Positions 26,204 to 26,698 of a stretch of DNA of 26,698 nt are shown here, piece after piece. Both the position numbers and the translations under genes were made by a program. This stretch comes from a virus (lineage: Duplodnaviria > Caudoviricetes). The stretch lies in IMG/VR virus record IMGVR_UViG_3300048598_000485, positions 1-26,698 of that record; one strand, 5' to 3'. Below the pieces are notes generated by a model. The model did no database searches and had not been told where the DNA came from. It saw nothing but the letters and a program-made list of their open reading frames with translations. Positions within the stretch are counted from its first letter, which is position 1, and every line of letters begins with the position of its first letter.

Positions 26204-26698
26204 ATGAATAAAGAAGACATTAAAATCAATAGCCTCTATACTATGAAAGTTGGTAAGAACACTACCGCGGTTCGTATCACACAAGAAAATCCTTATGGCG
26301 GATGGAGCGGAATTAACATTAATACGAATAAGCCAATTCGCATCAGGACCGCTTCACGTATCCGTGGCATATGGAAACAGGATGGCACACAATCGCACAC
26401 GTCGCCACACGTTGAAAATAAAATCCAGGAGCCAACAGATGGTTCCACCTCACCAAAGCAAACCAACGTGGCCAAACGTGGCGGTCTAAGCGCCGCAGTT
26501 CGAATCCTTGGCGAAGCGAGCCAACCCCTTGGCTGCAAGGAAATCGTTGATCGTATGCTCCAGCAAGGTTATTGGACATCAAATGGCAAAACTCCTCACG
26601 CTACAATAAATGCCGCAATCGCAAGAGAAATAAAAACCAAGGGAGAGTTATCCAGATTTAAAAAAGTGCAGCGAGGATTATTCGCTTTGACGGCATAA
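26204..26698 (+). CDS. Cassette 2 gene D: beta domain plus HARE-HTH (paralogue of 17234..17719)
   Basis: 164 aa from MNKEDIK; GKTPHATINAAIAREI..RFKK..RGLF. Confidence 0.85.
   Translation: MNKEDIKINSLYTMKVGKNTTAVRITQENPYGGWSGININTNKPIRIRTASRIRGIWKQDGTQSHTSPHVENKIQEPTDGSTSPKQTNVAKRGGLSAAVRILGEASQPLGCKEIVDRMLQQGYWTSNGKTPHATINAAIAREIKTKGELSRFKKVQRGLFALTA

Larger units (their letters stand above)
1..26698. mobile_element. Prophage (siphovirus-like, lambda-type packaging genes); boundaries not resolved, left part runs off the window
   Basis: Terminase, portal, capsid, tail tube, chaperone and tape measure genes are collinear, alongside a primase and tyrosine integrase. No host housekeeping genes are seen. 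Confidence 0.93.

Overview
The window holds most of a compact temperate siphovirus-type prophage. The gene families resemble Planctomycetota prophages, but this is an inference from recall, not a search. The minus strand (1-18951) carries one late operon. In transcription order it encodes a ParB-DNA methyltransferase, a Nu1-like small terminase, a gpA-like large terminase, an NrdR-like Zn-ribbon protein, a gpW-position protein, a lambda-type portal, a protease-capsid fusion, DUF2190, neck and accessory proteins, tail tube, a tail chaperone with a -1 frameshift, tape measure and distal tail genes. Upstream of this operon lie a lambda cosQ/cosN-like site and an inverted 9-bp iteron array. The plus strand (19544-25383) carries a satellite-like module: putative regulator, AlpA, a hypothetical protein, a Zn-finger/TOPRIM/DUF3987 primase-helicase and a tyrosine integrase. 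The most unusual element is a four-gene cassette of small proteins ending in a HARE-HTH gene, present as two diverged copies (16437-17719 and 25568-26698) with a different first gene in each. Its layout resembles an anti-defence (acr-aca-like) operon. The copy inside the late operon is spanned by a 455-codon antisense ORF running from the methyltransferase stop to just before terS. No tRNA, rRNA, CRISPR array or att site could be identified.
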